The notes under the pieces are model-generated. The model saw only the letters and a program-made list of their open reading frames with translations. It did no database searches and had not been told where the DNA came from. DNA of 62,928 nt, the filler included. It is 4 parts of 4 records of this genome, joined end to end, with 100 filler letters (N's around TTAATTAATTAA, not from the genome) between each part and the next. Parts side by side here need not be neighbours in the genome. Positions count along the whole stretch, not along the records: positions 46,700 to 57,303 come from SRR20825006_502; positions 57,404 to 62,928 come from SRR20825006_543; 2 more parts are not named here. One strand, given 5' to 3'. Every line of letters begins with the position of its first letter. Position 1 is the stretch's first letter. Positions 53,238 through 62,507 of the stretch are shown one piece after another. The translations under genes were made by a program, and so were the position numbers.

Positions 53238-53678
53238 ATGACCCAGATTCTCTGGATTGGCGTGTGTGTTATTGCGGTGGGCTTGCCAGGGCCTGTTAAC
53301 ACTACCGAGATGACACCTGTTGAGCCCCAAAAGCCGTCAATCTAGGCATGAGGAGTGATGTTTGGTTGCTCCAAATGAGTGACGAATAACAACGAGTGAC
53401 GGCTTTTGGGGCTCAACCCAAAGGGCTGGTCCCTTTTTCCGCCCAGCAGCGCCATCCGTTGTTTATGTAGAATGACTACACGGCACACCAGCTGACACCA
53501 CTGGACGAAAAAATGCATCCAGCAGGCGTTATCTCGGTAGTGTTAACAGGCCCTAGCCACCGGCCTGTATTTTCATCTCCGGCGCCAGGCTCTCGGTTCC
53601 GACCCCATCTTGATCGGGAGTTGCTACCTCAGCGGTGCCGGCCTGCTGGCCGGCAACATCGTGCTGCCGCTATTCTGA
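53238..53678 (+). pseudogene. Small two-TM protein gene (57 aa when reconstructed) interrupted by a MITE
   Basis: AGGA RBS and ATG 53238. Removing 53289-53555 restores the in-frame MTQILWIGVCVIAVGL(P/L)ATGLYFHLRRQALGSDPILIGSCYLSGAGLLAGNIVLPLF*. Confidence 0.75.
53289..53553. mobile_element. MITE, 265 bp, non-autonomous
   Basis: 31-bp terminal inverted repeats GGGCCTGTTAACACTACCGAGAT(G/A)AC(A/G)CCTG with 2 mismatches; CA/TA flanks; internal perfect 21-bp inverted repeat; no transposase. Confidence 0.85.
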
Positions 53679-53864
53679 TCCGCTTGCTGTTCGCCCGGCA
53701 CCAAATGTCTTCTGATGAGAAAGGCCAAAAGCCCGGATGACTGGCGCTATTGCGCAGCGTCTTTGGGGAGCTTGACAGGAGAACGCCGAAGGTCAGGCAG
53801 GATAGGATGGTAAGACACGCCCTGGAATCGGCTCATCACCCCATTCCACGATGAACCCACTTTT

Positions 53865-54314
53865 TCAGCCCTCTCCGGAGCCATGACCCCGCCGGGCACT
53901 GAGCTGAATATACAGATTATGCATGACACGCTGGGCGATCAGACGAGCGCGGTCAGTTATCGGCCCGGCAAAACGCCCCTCCAGGTTCGCCATGAAATGC
54001 CCCAGCCACCGCTCATGATGCTCCCCGGTAAGCGGCTCGCGATCATCCAGCGCACGGTGCTTCGCCATCATATGACGCTGATATCCCTTTTCCCCTAACA
54101 GCATTTTGTACCAATACTGGCAGATGGTGGGCAGGTGCTGTTGCAGGTCGATACCCGCCACGTCCAGAAACACTGGCGCCATGACCGGATCTTTCAGCAA
54201 GCGTTGATAAAACCCGTGCACCATGGCATCAATATTTTCCCGACAATCCAGATCCGGCAGGTCACTATCTCTTGCGGGCGATTCACCCGGCCGAAAAAAA
54301 CCAACCGCCGTCAT
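53865..54314 (-). CDS. Group III truncated hemoglobin
   Basis: VHGFYQRL..DP...PVF, HLPTICQYW, KH, RWLGHF pattern; GGAG RBS. Confidence 0.85.
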   Translation of the reverse strand: MTAVGFFRPGESPARDSDLPDLDCRENIDAMVHGFYQRLLKDPVMAPVFLDVAGIDLQQHLPTICQYWYKMLLGEKGYQRHMMAKHRALDDREPLTGEHHERWLGHFMANLEGRFAGPITDRARLIAQRVMHNLYIQLSARRGHGSGEG

Positions 54315-54363
54315 TCCACTCTCCGCGTGCTTGCGTGAAGCGTGTTGCCTGTAGCGTCTCTCG

Positions 54364-54681
54364 TTACCACTCAATACGCCCGATGAGGATGTCCTTGAAC
54401 ATGACAAAGTCACCGGCAAGGCTGTACCAAGGATGCTTGAAGGTGGCCGGGCGGTTTTTTTCAAACACATAGTGTCCCACCCAGGCAAAGCCATAGCCCA
54501 CCACTGGTAACAGCAGCAACCCCCACAGGTTGCCGGTCATGAACACCCCGGCCAGCACGCCAAACAGACCCAGGGTGCCGAAGAAGTGCAGCCGGCGACA
54601 GATAGGGTTGCCATGCTCCTGGAGGTAATAGGGATAAAACTCCGCGAAGCTCTGAAAATCAGATTGCTTGATGGTCTCCAT
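54364..54681 (-). CDS. DUF962/Mpo1-like membrane protein
   Basis: FYPYYLQEH, RRLHFFGT, AWVGHYVFEKNRPATF. Confidence 0.88.
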   Translation of the reverse strand: METIKQSDFQSFAEFYPYYLQEHGNPICRRLHFFGTLGLFGVLAGVFMTGNLWGLLLLPVVGYGFAWVGHYVFEKNRPATFKHPWYSLAGDFVMFKDILIGRIEW

Positions 54682-54959
54682 GGGACCTCCTGTTAAATGC
54701 TCTTGTTCTCAGTATTAAGCTTGCCACAGCCCTCAGTCCCATTCTTGTAACCAACGGCTGACGGGTAAACATTCCGTTCCAGTGTAACGCAATGGCAGGG
54801 TTTCAACGGGTCAATTTATTGTGATTTGACGCCAATCGGATGGCACAGCCAGCCATTGCAGTCCCCCTTTGATCATGGACAATGGCGTACTTTCACAATA
54901 AACATAACGTCGACCCTTATTTTCGACGCCCTGCACTCTCCTATTTTTGCGAGACATTT

Positions 54960-56186
54960 ATGGCCCTTCGCCCGCGTGTACGCCGTCTGATCAGCAAGCA
55001 TGGCAACCCTATTCCCCGCAGCCTCGACGGGCTGATTCAGCACGGTAATGAAGCACCACTGGACAAGACCGGCATGGGCTCCGAACAGGTTGAGTCCATC
55101 TGGCGGGCCACACGCAAGCTCTATCGCAGTGGCATGAGCCCGGCAATCAGCCTCTGCCTGCGCCGCCACGGCGAGATCATGCTGAACCGCAGCATCGGCT
55201 ACGCCGACCCGACCACCCAGCGCATCATGACACCGGATACCCCCGTGTGCCTGTTCTCTGCCTCCAAGGTGGTCAGCGCCATGCTGGTACATCATCTGGT
55301 CGAACAGGGTCAGCTTGATCTGGACGACCCTGTAACCCGCTATCTGCCCGCTTACGGACAGAACGGCAAGGGCTGTACCACCTTGCGCCACCTGCTTACC
55401 CATCAGGCCGGGATTCCCCGCCCGCAGGAACCGGTGGAAGCCGACATTCTCTATCGGCCCCAGGAAATTATCGACATCCTCTGCGCCGCCAAGCCCAGCG
55501 GATTCAATACTCAGGCTTACCACGCGATCACCGCCGGCTTCATTCTTGGCGCCGTGGTGGAAGCCGTAACCAGGGAATCGCTGAACGCCACCCTCGACCG
55601 GGTCATTCGCCAGCCCATGGGAATGAAGTATTTCACCTTCGGGAACACCGGCGCGGAACGGGCCGTCGATGTATCCACCGGACTCCCCCTGAAACTGGTA
55701 GACCTGTTCCTCAGCTACGCGGTGGGCGGCAGTATCGATGAGGTGGTGGAGGTGACCAACGACGACCGTTTCCAGGAAGCCACCGTACCGGCAGGCAACC
55801 TCTACGCCACCGCGGAAGAAGCCAGCCGCTTTTTCCAGATGCTGCTGAACGGTGGCCGTTATGGGAATCAGCAGATTTTCCAGCCAGACACCGTAGCCCG
55901 CGCCCTGGAGCCAGCCTACCATCGCCCACGCTTCGACCGGACACTGATGCTGCCACTGAACTTCTCCAACGGCTTTATGCTCGGCAACCGGGGCATGGGC
56001 ATGTTCGGCCCCGGCGCCCCCAAATCCTTCGGGCATTTGGGTTTTATCAGCATTTATTGCTGGGCGGATCCGCAACGCGATCTTAGCGGTGCCCTGCTCA
56101 CCACCGGCAAAGGGGTGGTCGGACCGCACTTACCCGCCCTGTTCGGTCTTCAGCACACCATTAACCGGCATACCAAGTTACGCTGA
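54960..56186 (+). CDS. Beta-lactamase-family serine hydrolase (esterase)
   Basis: SxxK motif FSASK, LLTHQAG, AYHA, FGHLG. Confidence 0.9.
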   Translation: MALRPRVRRLISKHGNPIPRSLDGLIQHGNEAPLDKTGMGSEQVESIWRATRKLYRSGMSPAISLCLRRHGEIMLNRSIGYADPTTQRIMTPDTPVCLFSASKVVSAMLVHHLVEQGQLDLDDPVTRYLPAYGQNGKGCTTLRHLLTHQAGIPRPQEPVEADILYRPQEIIDILCAAKPSGFNTQAYHAITAGFILGAVVEAVTRESLNATLDRVIRQPMGMKYFTFGNTGAERAVDVSTGLPLKLVDLFLSYAVGGSIDEVVEVTNDDRFQEATVPAGNLYATAEEASRFFQMLLNGGRYGNQQIFQPDTVARALEPAYHRPRFDRTLMLPLNFSNGFMLGNRGMGMFGPGAPKSFGHLGFISIYCWADPQRDLSGALLTTGKGVVGPHLPALFGLQHTINRHTKLR

Positions 56187-56277
56187 ACGCCTGACGCCTA
56201 ATTCGTGGGGTAGGGTTTTGATCTTCGAAACTCGTTACTCGTTATTCACTTCTGTTATTTCTTCGCTGTCGCTCGGA

Positions 56278-56300
56278 TCGCTTGCAGCCAAGCTCCTACA
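56278..56300 (-). repeat. Single GTAG-type REP-like element
   Basis: Minus strand TGTAGGAGCTTGGCTGCAAGCGA: GTAG tetranucleotide followed by a short palindrome. Confidence 0.55.
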
Positions 56301-56429
56301 GCGGCTTCGCTCCCCGCTTTTGCGCAGGGGATCACCGCCGCAAACATCGCGGTGAAACCACCGCCATTACAGGGCGTGCCGGCTTTCACGGATTTTGCGT
56401 GTTGCATGAAGCATGGTGTGTGCAGCGGC

Positions 56430-56639
56430 TCATTCCGGCACCGGCATGCCCCGCTGGCACTGGGTACAGGTCACCACCATATCCAGATGTTGCCGGCGCC
56501 CCTCCTCGCTCACCGCCCAAGGGCGGTTAATAAAGGGCGGCTGGTGACGGACGTGCTGGCGGTGGCCGCAGGACAACAGCATGACCCAGTCACCCGCCTC
56601 ATCTTGCTTAAAGCCATTGACCGTTACTTGAAAAGACAT
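56430..56639 (-). CDS. DUF3565-family small protein
   Basis: DWV..LSCGH.QHVRHQPP...RPW...CTQC; GGAGG RBS. Confidence 0.82.
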   Translation of the reverse strand: MSFQVTVNGFKQDEAGDWVMLLSCGHRQHVRHQPPFINRPWAVSEEGRRQHLDMVVTCTQCQRGMPVPE

Positions 56640-56684
56640 GCTTGCCTCCTCTGTCAGTCATTCCTGTTATACCAACATGACGCC

Positions 56685-56716
56685 AAAAAAAATGCCCGCA
56701 TCAGCGGGCATTTTTT
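56685..56716. terminator. Intrinsic terminator after the BCCT gene
   Basis: AAAAAAAATGCCCGC-ATCA-GCGGGCATTTTTT. Confidence 0.85.
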
Positions 56717-56735
56717 AAAGATCACCAACGCTAGA

Positions 56736-57303
56736 TCAAGCCAGTTGGAGACGCTTGCGTTCTGCCGACAGGGCAATAAACAAACTCACGCACATCAACA
56801 ACAGCACGATGGTAAATGGCAGTCCCGTTGTTACAGCCCCTGATTGCAGAGCCTTCAGGGCTTCCTTGCCACCGCCATACAGCAGTACACCCGCAATCAG
56901 GCCTTCCATAACGGCCCAGAAAATGCGCTGGGGCACCGGCGCATCCACCTTGCCACCCGCCGTAATGGAGTCGATCACCAGAGAGCCGGAGTCCGACGAG
57001 GTCACGAAGAAAATCAGTACCAGCGCAATCGCCATAAAGGAAATGATGCCGGTCCACGGCAGATGCGCCAGCATCTGGAACATGGCCAGCGATGCATCAC
57101 TCACCCCGTTGGCCAGTTCACCCACGCCGTTGATGGATTGCTCAAGTCCCGTGCCACCGAAGGTACTCATCCAGATAATGGTAATCACCGTGGGCACCAA
57201 CAGTACCGCCACAATAAACTCACGCACAGTGCGGCCCTTGGAAATGCGGGCAATGAACATCCCCACAAACGGTGACCAGGAAATCCACCAGGCCCAATAG
57301 AAC
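56736..57303 (-). CDS. BCCT-family transporter, C-terminal part
   Basis: FYWAWWISWSPFVGMFIARISKGRTVREF and FFVTSSDSG signatures. Confidence 0.93.
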
Positions 57304-57403
57304 NNNNNNNNNNNNNNNNNNNNNNNNNNNNNNNNNNNNNNNNNNNNTTAATTAATTAANNNNNNNNNNNNNNNNNNNNNNNNNNNNNNNNNNNNNNNNN
57401 NNN
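57304..57403. other. Artificial contig spacer
   Basis: N-run with TTAATTAATTAA. Confidence 0.98.
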
Positions 57404-57637
57404 TTCGTGATGTCGGCATCCTTCACCAACCAGGTGCTGGCCCAGATCGAACTTTGGAAAAACCACGCCAACTACGAAAACAAGGTTTATGTCCTGCCGA
57501 AACACCTCGACGAGAAAGTTGCAGCCCTGCATCTCGACCGTCTTGGCGTGAAACTGACCAAGCTTTCGAACGAACAGGCCGAATATATCGGCGTGCCGCA
57601 GGCTGGCCCGTTCAAGCCGGATCATTACCGCTACTAA
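57404..57637 (+). CDS. ahcY: Adenosylhomocysteinase, C-terminal part
   Basis: [37 protein letters not shown]. Confidence 0.96.
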   Translation, partial: FVMSASFTNQVLAQIELWKNHANYENKVYVLPKHLDEKVAALHLDRLGVKLTKLSNEQAEYIGVPQAGPFKPDHYRY

Positions 57638-57657
57638 GCGCAATCGCGTTTTGCATC

Positions 57658-57690
57658 AAAGCCGGTCCGTTCATTCGGACCGGCTTTTTT
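57658..57690 (+). terminator. ahcY terminator
   Basis: AAAGCCGGTCCG-TTCATT-CGGACCGGCTTTTT. Confidence 0.85.
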
Positions 57691-57748
57691 GTGTTTTGCG
57701 AAGACGCGTTCGGGTAAGAAAGACAACACCACAACAGGGAAGCAAGCC

Positions 57749-58117
57749 ATGCCCCAGCTTGAAATCGAATATTCCGCCAATTTGCCAATCGCCGAGCAGC
57801 TTCGCGGGTTGGCGATCAGCCTGCATCGTGAAATTGCCAAGGCAGCCGATGCCGATCTGGCCAGTTTCAAGACCCGGTTGTCACCGCTTGAAAATGTCGT
57901 GATTGCTGATGGTGGGCCAAAGCATGGCATGGTGCATCTTGATGTGCGGCTGTTGTCGGGGCGCTCTGACGATGTCAAATATGCCGTTGGTGCCATCGCA
58001 CTTGAAACCGTGCGGGCGCATCTGGAAAATCTGGTCGGGAATTTCGATGTACAGTTTACTGTTGAAGTACATGATCTTGACCGGGCCAATTATCACAAGC
58101 ATGTGACAAACGCCTGA
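57749..58117 (+). CDS. 5-carboxymethyl-2-hydroxymuconate isomerase-family protein
   Basis: Pro1 start MPQLEIEYSANL, KTR, LLSGRS. Confidence 0.82.
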   Translation: MPQLEIEYSANLPIAEQLRGLAISLHREIAKAADADLASFKTRLSPLENVVIADGGPKHGMVHLDVRLLSGRSDDVKYAVGAIALETVRAHLENLVGNFDVQFTVEVHDLDRANYHKHVTNA

Positions 58118-58137
58118 CGGCCCGATCGGGTTGGCAG

Positions 58138-59073
58138 TTACATCAAAAGTGCTTCATGGATCGGGTGATCGGGGCCGTAACGATCATTCATCAGTTTGAT
58201 CAGCTCGCGCGAAAACTGCTTGCCTGCATCCAGCAGGGAACGGAGTTCGGTGTCACTGCGATCATTCGGGCCGACTTTTTCAAGCCGTTTGCGGACATCC
58301 GGATCGCTGAGTTCGCGCAGAAACCGGTCATAGAGTTCGAGTGCGGGAAGGCTTTTGTCACCAAAAACCGTTTGAACACGTGTGATCGGCGGTAACTGTA
58401 AAAGTTCCGATAGTTTTGCCCGTTTGCCGATATAATCACGACCTGCGGTTTCCGCGGCTGCGATAATGCCGCCGAAATAAAGCATCTTACGCGAAAAGAC
58501 GAGTTTAAGACGTCTGGGCGCCCATGCCTTGCTGGCATCGCCTTCGCGGGTTTTGATTTCGAAATCGACGCTGATGGTGCGGTAATAGCGGATGACGTCA
58601 TTGACCAGAAAGCGTGCGATGGATTCCCGTGTAACCGTTTCGGTGACATAGTTGGCAATCAGTTCGTCAAAGAAGGCACGTTTGCCGACTTCGTTATAAA
58701 GCCATTCACATTCCAGCAGAAACAGCAGGCGGCGTGTGGTGATCGAATTGGTGTCGCCATCAAGGCCGATGCGGTTGACCAGTTCCTCGGCCGGAACATA
58801 GGATGAAAACGGGCCGTTAACGGCCGCCTTTTTGGTCACCATGGCACCAAGAATTTCGGAAACGTCACGGTGGGGGGCCAGATCACGGTCAACTTCACGG
58901 CCGATGATGAAGTAATCCAGATCCGATTGTTCTGATGCCTCGTGCCGACCGAACGACCCGGTAACAACAACGCAGAAAGCGCTGCCATGCAGCTGATTGG
59001 CGAGTGCGCTTCGCATCTCGTCGAGCCGCTTTGCGGTATAGGCCTGATTGCTGGCGATGGTATCTGGCAACAA
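58138..59073 (-). CDS. Pol-beta superfamily nucleotidyltransferase with helical C-terminal domain, function unknown
   Basis: hhhTGSFGRHEA...SDLD (GS...DxD) motif. TTG start; no in-frame ATG upstream before the TAG. Confidence 0.82.
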   Translation of the reverse strand: MLPDTIASNQAYTAKRLDEMRSALANQLHGSAFCVVVTGSFGRHEASEQSDLDYFIIGREVDRDLAPHRDVSEILGAMVTKKAAVNGPFSSYVPAEELVNRIGLDGDTNSITTRRLLFLLECEWLYNEVGKRAFFDELIANYVTETVTRESIARFLVNDVIRYYRTISVDFEIKTREGDASKAWAPRRLKLVFSRKMLYFGGIIAAAETAGRDYIGKRAKLSELLQLPPITRVQTVFGDKSLPALELYDRFLRELSDPDVRKRLEKVGPNDRSDTELRSLLDAGKQFSRELIKLMNDRYGPDHPIHEALLM

Positions 59074-59351
59074 GGTTGAAATGATTCCGTTGAATGCGGC
59101 AATTAATTCAGTATCGACCTAAAGGTGAAAGATTAAAACCGCGTTTATGGGATAACTGCGGAGTCCCTTGTAAAACCGGACCGGATTTCACAATCCGGCG
59201 GAGGCTTGGCACATAATTGCCATTACTTGCCGATAAAACGGCCTTAAAGTCGAATAACCCTGTGCCATATGTCGTTTGTCGGGGCCGTTGGCCAAAAGAC
59301 CTTTTGCATATTTCCCCGATTGGAAATCACCCTGGATTATGGAGAAGTCCG

Positions 59352-59903
59352 ATCAAAAATCTTCATCGCACCCTGCTTGCCGTTCCGCTTCTTGGCCTGA
59401 TGGCAATGCCTGCCTTTGCCCAGTCCGCCGATATGAAATCGCCCGAGGAGATGAAGGATATGGAACCCGATGCGTTGCGCGACGGGATCGAAAACCGCCA
59501 TCCATCGGCCTATTACATTCTGGCAGCCAAGCAGTTTAATGCAGGCGAACGTGATGACGCGGTTTTCTGGTTCTATACCGGTCAGTTGCGCTATCGCACG
59601 CTTTTGGGCTGCAAACCCGACCTTGCACCGGATCAGGACCCGGCATTGTTCGCGTCCCTGAACGAAACCGTCGGTCGCCCCCTTAATGGATATGCCTTTG
59701 GGGATGTGGATGAACTGAGCAGCACGATCGAGGATGTCCTCGAATGGGATGCCGCGCATGCCAATGGCTATGTCGCCAAAGCCGAATGCGAACAGGTCAT
59801 TACTGCCGAGCGCGCCGGACTGGACGAGTTGCGTGAAATGATCGTCGCGAAGGCAGATGAAATCCGCAAGCAGCGCGAAGAAAACGGGCTGGAAAACCGG
59901 TAG
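59352..59903 (+). CDS. Secreted hypothetical protein; start codon uncertain (ATC)
   Basis: GGAG 7 nt before ATC; signal peptide KNLHRTLLAVPLLGLMAMPAFA; AVFWFY.GQLRYR motif. Confidence 0.7.
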   Translation: MKNLHRTLLAVPLLGLMAMPAFAQSADMKSPEEMKDMEPDALRDGIENRHPSAYYILAAKQFNAGERDDAVFWFYTGQLRYRTLLGCKPDLAPDQDPALFASLNETVGRPLNGYAFGDVDELSSTIEDVLEWDAAHANGYVAKAECEQVITAERAGLDELREMIVAKADEIRKQREENGLENR

Positions 59904-59923
59904 ATCATTTTACGAAGATTGAT

Positions 59924-59951
59924 AAAAGCCCGGTCCGCGTGCCGGGCTTTG
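59924..59951 (+). terminator. Intrinsic terminator
   Basis: AAAAGCCCGG-TCCGCGTG-CCGGGCTTT. Confidence 0.65.
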
Positions 59952-60057
59952 TCTTTGGCTGGATGTGTTGACGGAAAGTTTGGAAACGCGATAGCGTCAT
60001 GAAATTGTTATCCGGTTGCTGGTGGCAGTTGCCCCACATATCTCTTGAAAGATTACC

Positions 60058-60387
60058 ATGGAAATTTCCAATCTCCCGTTCGGCACGACCGACTGGTCGT
60101 CAATCACGCCAACCGAGCATTCCGGCGATACCGGCATGGCATATTGGCGCACACAGCAATTTGGTCCGATCCGGGTGCGGATGGTGACATATACGCCGGG
60201 CTATCTTGCCGATCATTGGTGCAAGAAGGGCCATATCCTGCTGTGTCTTGAAGGTGAATTGGTCACCGAACTGGAAGACGGGCGGGTTTTCACCCTTAAA
60301 CCGGGCATGAGTTATCAGGTGGCTGATAACGCCGAAGCCCATCGTTCATCAACAGAGCCGGGTGCCACATTGTTTGTCGTTGACTGA
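60058..60387 (+). CDS. DHCW-motif cupin-fold protein
   Basis: YLADHWCKKGH...EAHRS cupin metal ligands. Confidence 0.88.
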   Translation: MEISNLPFGTTDWSSITPTEHSGDTGMAYWRTQQFGPIRVRMVTYTPGYLADHWCKKGHILLCLEGELVTELEDGRVFTLKPGMSYQVADNAEAHRSSTEPGATLFVVD

Positions 60388-60404
60388 ACTGACGGTTTTG
60401 GGAA

Positions 60405-61748
60405 TTACCCCAGATACACCTGACTTGACGGATAGGAAATGCGCGGCGGAACACGACGGGCAAGGAAGAATCCCAGTGTCAGCGGGCCGACACGGCCAAT
60501 GAACATGATCAGTTCAATCACGATCCGGCCCAGTGTATCGAGTTCGCCTGTCGTCCCGCGCGAAAGACCGACCGTGCCAAAGGCCGACGTCACTTCAAAG
60601 ACAAGATCAAGAAAATCGCCGTCGTGGGACATGGTGATCAGAAAGATACCGCTCATGACGACGAACATTGAAATCATCGTCAGGGCCAGCACCTTCATCA
60701 CTTCTTCAAGGCCGATGCTGCGCCCAAAGGCATGTAACTGATTATGGCGTTTGAAAAAGGCGATGGTTGCCAGAACCAGTACGATAAAGGTGGTGACCTT
60801 GATCCCGCCGGCTGTTGATGTACTGCCCGCCCCGATTACCATCAGAAGGATGAACATCAATGCGGTGGTATCGTGCATGGATCCGATATCGACCGTGTTG
60901 AACCCGGCAGTGCGGGTTGTCAGGCCTTGAAACCAGCTGATTTGAAGTTTGTCGATCGGGCTGGCAAAAGCCCCGAGCGTATCGGGATTGTGCCATTCAA
61001 GGATGGCAAACATCGTGACAGACCAGACGATCAGAATGGCAGAGCCGGTCAGCATCAATTTGCTGTGCAGGGATAAATGACGCCAGCCGCGATGAATCCA
61101 AAGATCGGAAATCACGCTGAACCCGATTCCGCCAATCAGAAGCAATGCCGGGATTGTCAGATTGATCACCGGGTTTGTGGCCCATCGGCTCAGGCTGTCG
61201 GGCATAAGGGCAAAGCCCGCATTGTTGAAGGCCGATACCGAATGGAATACCGCAAACCACGTTCCGCGTGCCCAGCCAAAATCGGGGACAAAAACGGTCA
61301 GCAACAGGATGCCGCCGATCAATTCGCAGAAAAGCACAACGGCAAGGATCGTTTTGACCAGACCCACGAGCTGATGCAGCGATGTCTGGTTCAAATCTTC
61401 GCGCAGGAAATTGTGATGACGCAGCCCAATTGGCAAGCCAAGTGCGGATAAAACAAGGGCTGCAAATGTCATCAGACCAAGACCGCCAAGCTGGATCAGG
61501 ATCAGGATCATGGCTTGCCCGAACAGCGTGAAGCTTGACCCGGTATCAACCACGGCAAGGCCGGTGACGGTGACGGCGGACGTGGCCGTAAACAAGGCGT
61601 CGGAAAAGCTGATCGGATGGGTGACCGCAACAGGGAGGACCAAAACAACCGCGCCGATCAGGATCAAGGCCAGATACAGGATGGCGAGCAAAAGCGGCGG
61701 TGGTATTCGGATCGGTTTTCCGGTGCGGTTCGGAAAATAAAAGGGCAT
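60405..61748 (-). CDS. KtrB/TrkH-family K+ transporter membrane subunit
   Basis: TVTGL, NNAGF, RTAGF, GTVGL pore motifs; STAGGIK; MFIGRVG. Confidence 0.93.
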   Translation of the reverse strand: MPFYFPNRTGKPIRIPPPLLLAILYLALILIGAVVLVLPVAVTHPISFSDALFTATSAVTVTGLAVVDTGSSFTLFGQAMILILIQLGGLGLMTFAALVLSALGLPIGLRHHNFLREDLNQTSLHQLVGLVKTILAVVLFCELIGGILLLTVFVPDFGWARGTWFAVFHSVSAFNNAGFALMPDSLSRWATNPVINLTIPALLLIGGIGFSVISDLWIHRGWRHLSLHSKLMLTGSAILIVWSVTMFAILEWHNPDTLGAFASPIDKLQISWFQGLTTRTAGFNTVDIGSMHDTTALMFILLMVIGAGSTSTAGGIKVTTFIVLVLATIAFFKRHNQLHAFGRSIGLEEVMKVLALTMISMFVVMSGIFLITMSHDGDFLDLVFEVTSAFGTVGLSRGTTGELDTLGRIVIELIMFIGRVGPLTLGFFLARRVPPRISYPSSQVYLG

Positions 61749-61751
61749 GGC

Positions 61752-62429
61752 TCAGATGCCGTCGCTGAAGTCGCGCAAATTCTGGCGGCGACCAAGGATC
61801 AGGATCTTGTCACTGGCTTCCATCGTGACGGTCCCGGTATCACAGCCGATAAATTCCGATCCGCGCAAAATACCCAGGCACCGCAGTTCGTGGGACTTTT
61901 CAAGATCAAGCGACTCAATGGTTTTCCCCGCCATGCTTTCCGGGACTTCCAGATTGATGACATGCATGCCGTTACCAAGGCTAAGGTAATCGCGTACGGC
62001 GGGGTTATGCAGTTTCTGGGCGATGTGTTGGCCGATTTCCTGTTCGGGTAAAATGACCCGGTCGGGTTCAAGTTTGGTCAGGATGCGATGATGGGTTTTG
62101 TTGATCGCCTTTACCCAGACGGTTTTGACCCCCAGCATTTTGACATTCATCGTGCACAGGATATTGGCTTCAAGGTCTTCGCCAATGGCAATCAGGGCGA
62201 CGTCATATTTGTCGACCCCGGCCTCGCGCAGGGCTTCTTCATCGCGGCCATCGGCGATGATCGCTTCGGACAGGATATCCGACAGGGCGGCGACGGATTT
62301 TTCGTTGATGTCGATGCCCAGGACGTGATTGCCACTTCGTGCCAGATCGGTCGCAACCGTGCTACCAACGGTTCCAAGCCCGATGATGACAAAGGTTCGG
62401 TTGCGCTTCTTTTCGGCTTTGGGGGCCAT
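61752..62429 (-). CDS. KtrA/TrkA-family RCK subunit
   Basis: IIGLGTVG, AIGED, VILPE; GGAG RBS before ATG 62429. Confidence 0.9.
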   Translation of the reverse strand: MAPKAEKKRNRTFVIIGLGTVGSTVATDLARSGNHVLGIDINEKSVAALSDILSEAIIADGRDEEALREAGVDKYDVALIAIGEDLEANILCTMNVKMLGVKTVWVKAINKTHHRILTKLEPDRVILPEQEIGQHIAQKLHNPAVRDYLSLGNGMHVINLEVPESMAGKTIESLDLEKSHELRCLGILRGSEFIGCDTGTVTMEASDKILILGRRQNLRDFSDGI

Positions 62430-62507
62430 ATCGGTTACTCCCTTTGCAATGGATTGCCCGATGCAGCGAAATTCGCACGGCACTGTTATGTCCGAAGGAC
62501 AAGCATA

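Noticed and set aside
53289-53553. Structured region read as a riboswitch, ncRNA or CRISPR array
   Set aside because: Terminal inverted repeats and in-frame gene restoration on excision fit a MITE better; there is no repeat-spacer periodicity.
53513-53929. ORFs 53513-53740 (+) and 53747-53929 (-)
   Set aside because: No recognisable motifs; the first starts inside the MITE and is out of frame with the interrupted gene.
49763-56129. Long minus-strand ORFs (49763-51055, 51902-53137, 54873-56129)
   Set aside because: Antisense shadows of well-supported plus-strand genes.
54960-56186. Antibiotic-resistance beta-lactamase
   Set aside because: It has the SxxK fold but no signal peptide and shows esterase-type motifs (LLTHQAG, FGHLG).
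60405-62429. Second Trk/Ktr system read as a duplication of 20870-23115
   Set aside because: Different contigs and organisms, and different subfamilies.
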